A stretch of 63,536 nucleotides of DNA, filler included, from Octopus bimaculoides (taxonomy: Eukaryota), in NCBI RefSeq assembly GCF_001194135.2. It is 7 parts of 6 records of this genome, joined end to end, with 100 filler letters (N's around TTAATTAATTAA, not from the genome) between each part and the next. Parts side by side here need not be neighbours in the genome. Positions count along the whole stretch, not along the records: positions 61,370 to 63,536 come from NW_026425660.1; 6 more parts are not named here. The stretch is one strand, 5' to 3'. The first letter of the stretch is position 1; every line of letters starts with the position of its first letter. Below are positions 61,608 to 63,536 of this stretch, piece after piece. Both the position numbers and the translations under genes were made by a program. The notes under the pieces were generated by a model, which worked only from the letters and a program-made list of their open reading frames with translations, was not told the DNA's origin and made no database searches.

Positions 61608-62409
61608 TTTTCCTGGCTTACCCTCCTCTATGGGGAGGGAAAGCACAACTATCCTGCCACAAGGCAGCAAAAATCAAAGTGTTCAAAGAACACTACAAAA
61701 ATTAACAACGATAATCTCAACAGTAACTTTACTTTAACAATATCTACGAGAAAACTCGACCAAAAACTACTACCAACTAGTGAGAAAATTCAACACGCAA
61801 CCCAACAAACATTCCAGAAGGATAGACATATCGTTGAGAACAATGGTCTTCGTTGGTGGTACTGTGATATCTCTATTCTAGCTTTTGGTGAAGTAGAAGA
61901 GGTTATAAGGGTCAAGTCGTGAAGACATTATTTAGGCCTAGCTAAGGCAATCTGGCAAATGTAAAACTGCTGTCAGAGAAAAACCATTGTTCCACCGTGA
62001 GAAAAGTTCTGTTGAACTGTTAATTTAAATTTGACTAAGGTGGATCGAATCCATTTCATGCCTGCAAGATCCTACATATACATCATACATCTTTTGGAGC
62101 TTTTCAATTCGACGCACAGAGCCCAGCATACTTTAAGTTTCACACAGAGGCAGTTTTGCATGCTAAATTACAAGAAATGTGTGTATGCACACACACCAGA
62201 AATTAATAATTACAAGTTACAACATTTTAAGCATACAAAGCCATGTAGAATTTTAAAAAAAAATCAAATAGACAATATCACGTTGAAACATATACATACG
62301 TACAAACACGACAGGCTTGCAGGGTATTGACTAACCTATGCCCAAAGTATCACGCAATAAGATGGAATCAAGGTCCTACATTTGACAGTATCCTTTGACA
62401 AAGTCTTCA

Positions 62410-63165
62410 AAGTGGCATTTATTTCGGCTTTGCGTTCTAAGTTAAAATCCTGCTGAGGTCCACTTTGCTTTACATCCTTTTGCAGTCAATGAAATAAGGT
62501 ACTGAGTCGAGTACAGGGGTTGATATAACTGACTAACACCTTCCCCCTGAAATTGCAGGCCTTGTGCTAAAATTTGAAACTATCATTATCATTAAGGGCA
62601 GTGATCTGGCAGAATCGTTAGTACACCGACCAAAATGCTTAGCAGCATTTTGTCCATCTTTATATTCTGAGTTCAAATGCTGCCAGGGTCGACTTTGCTT
62701 TTCATCCTTTTGAAGTCGATAAAATAAGTACCACTTGAACACTAAGGTTGATATAGTTTGAAATCTTTATTATTATCATTAAGGGCGACAAGCTGGAAGA
62801 ATTGTTAGTGTCGGATGATATGCTTAGCGACATTTTTTTCCGGTTCTTTACGTTCAAATTTTGACTTCACATTTTAACCCTTTGGGGTCGATAAAGAAGT
62901 ATCAGTTGAGCACTGGGGTTGATGTAATTAACTAACCCTCTTCCCTCAAAATTGCTGGCCTTGTGCCATAATTTGAAACTATATGGCGATGAGCTGGCAG
63001 AATCGTTAGCACTCTGGATAAAATGTTTAGCAGCATTTCGTTCTTTCTTACATTCTGAGTTCAAATTCCAGTTGACTTTGCCGTTCATCCTTTCAGGACT
63101 GATTAAATAAGTAGCAGTTGAATGCAAATTTTAGGCCTTGTGTCTGGAGTTGAAAGGATTATTTT
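62410..63165 (+). mobile_element. Head-to-tail array of four SINE-B copies
   Basis: Heads at about 62410 (degenerate), 62595, 62782 and 62984, each followed by the core ...GTCGATAAAATAAGTACCA and a TTTGAAA(C)TATCATT-type tail. Confidence 0.85.
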
Positions 63166-63536
63166 TCTAATCATCCAAACAAGGGATTTAGGAGTCTGAT
63201 TGCTGCTTGTGAGACTTGTAAACATTCTGAAAGACTAAATTACAATCAGTATTAAATGTAGTTTAATGCTGATGGTATCAAGCCAATTGAAGAAGCCTTC
63301 TGCATGGTCGTTTGACATTGTAAAAAGAGCAGCTAAATCAATATTAGCAAGATAAAACAAATTAGTACCTGGTTTAGGCATTCAGTTGACTACATGCTAC
63401 CATGATCAGAACTGACTTGGGATTTATCAAACAACTAGAAATATAGTTGGGTGTAGCCAAGATACAACAGTCACTAATTTTATCAAGCTCTCGTAGTTTT
63501 TCCTTAAGGTCTTCAGGTTCTGGCTATATATAAATG

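Overview
AT-rich, repeat-saturated animal genomic DNA from a gappy draft assembly. About 7.5 kb is N, and six 100-bp spacers have the form N44-TTAATTAATTAA-N44. The SINE families and microsatellite load point to an octopus genome, probably Octopus bimaculoides (inference from memory of these repeats, not a database result). No intact host gene, rRNA, tRNA gene or CRISPR array can be supported, and almost all listed ORFs are microsatellite or N-gap artefacts. The window looks intergenic or intronic. It holds an internally deleted Ty3/Gypsy LTR element (2967-4821) and a full-length decayed mariner (27262-28457). It also holds a Tc1-family element with DD36E spacing (55233-56545), relics of RTE, CR1-like, R4/Dong-like and probably L1/Tx1-like LINEs, small MITE-like and Helitron-like elements, and more than 40 tRNA-derived SINE copies. 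The SINE families are labelled locally as A, B, C, D and E; these are my labels. The best second-look items are a minimal type I hammerhead ribozyme at 57142-57196 plus a decayed second one near 39.65 kb, a 3' tail shared by SINE-C and a CR1-like LINE, and head-to-tail SINE stacks truncated at one identical site. Also notable are 2x2 head/tail shuffling among SINEs and a sharply CpG-depleted 4.8-kb contig with a candidate exon. All coordinates and counts were made by eye, so ends of diverged repeats are approximate.
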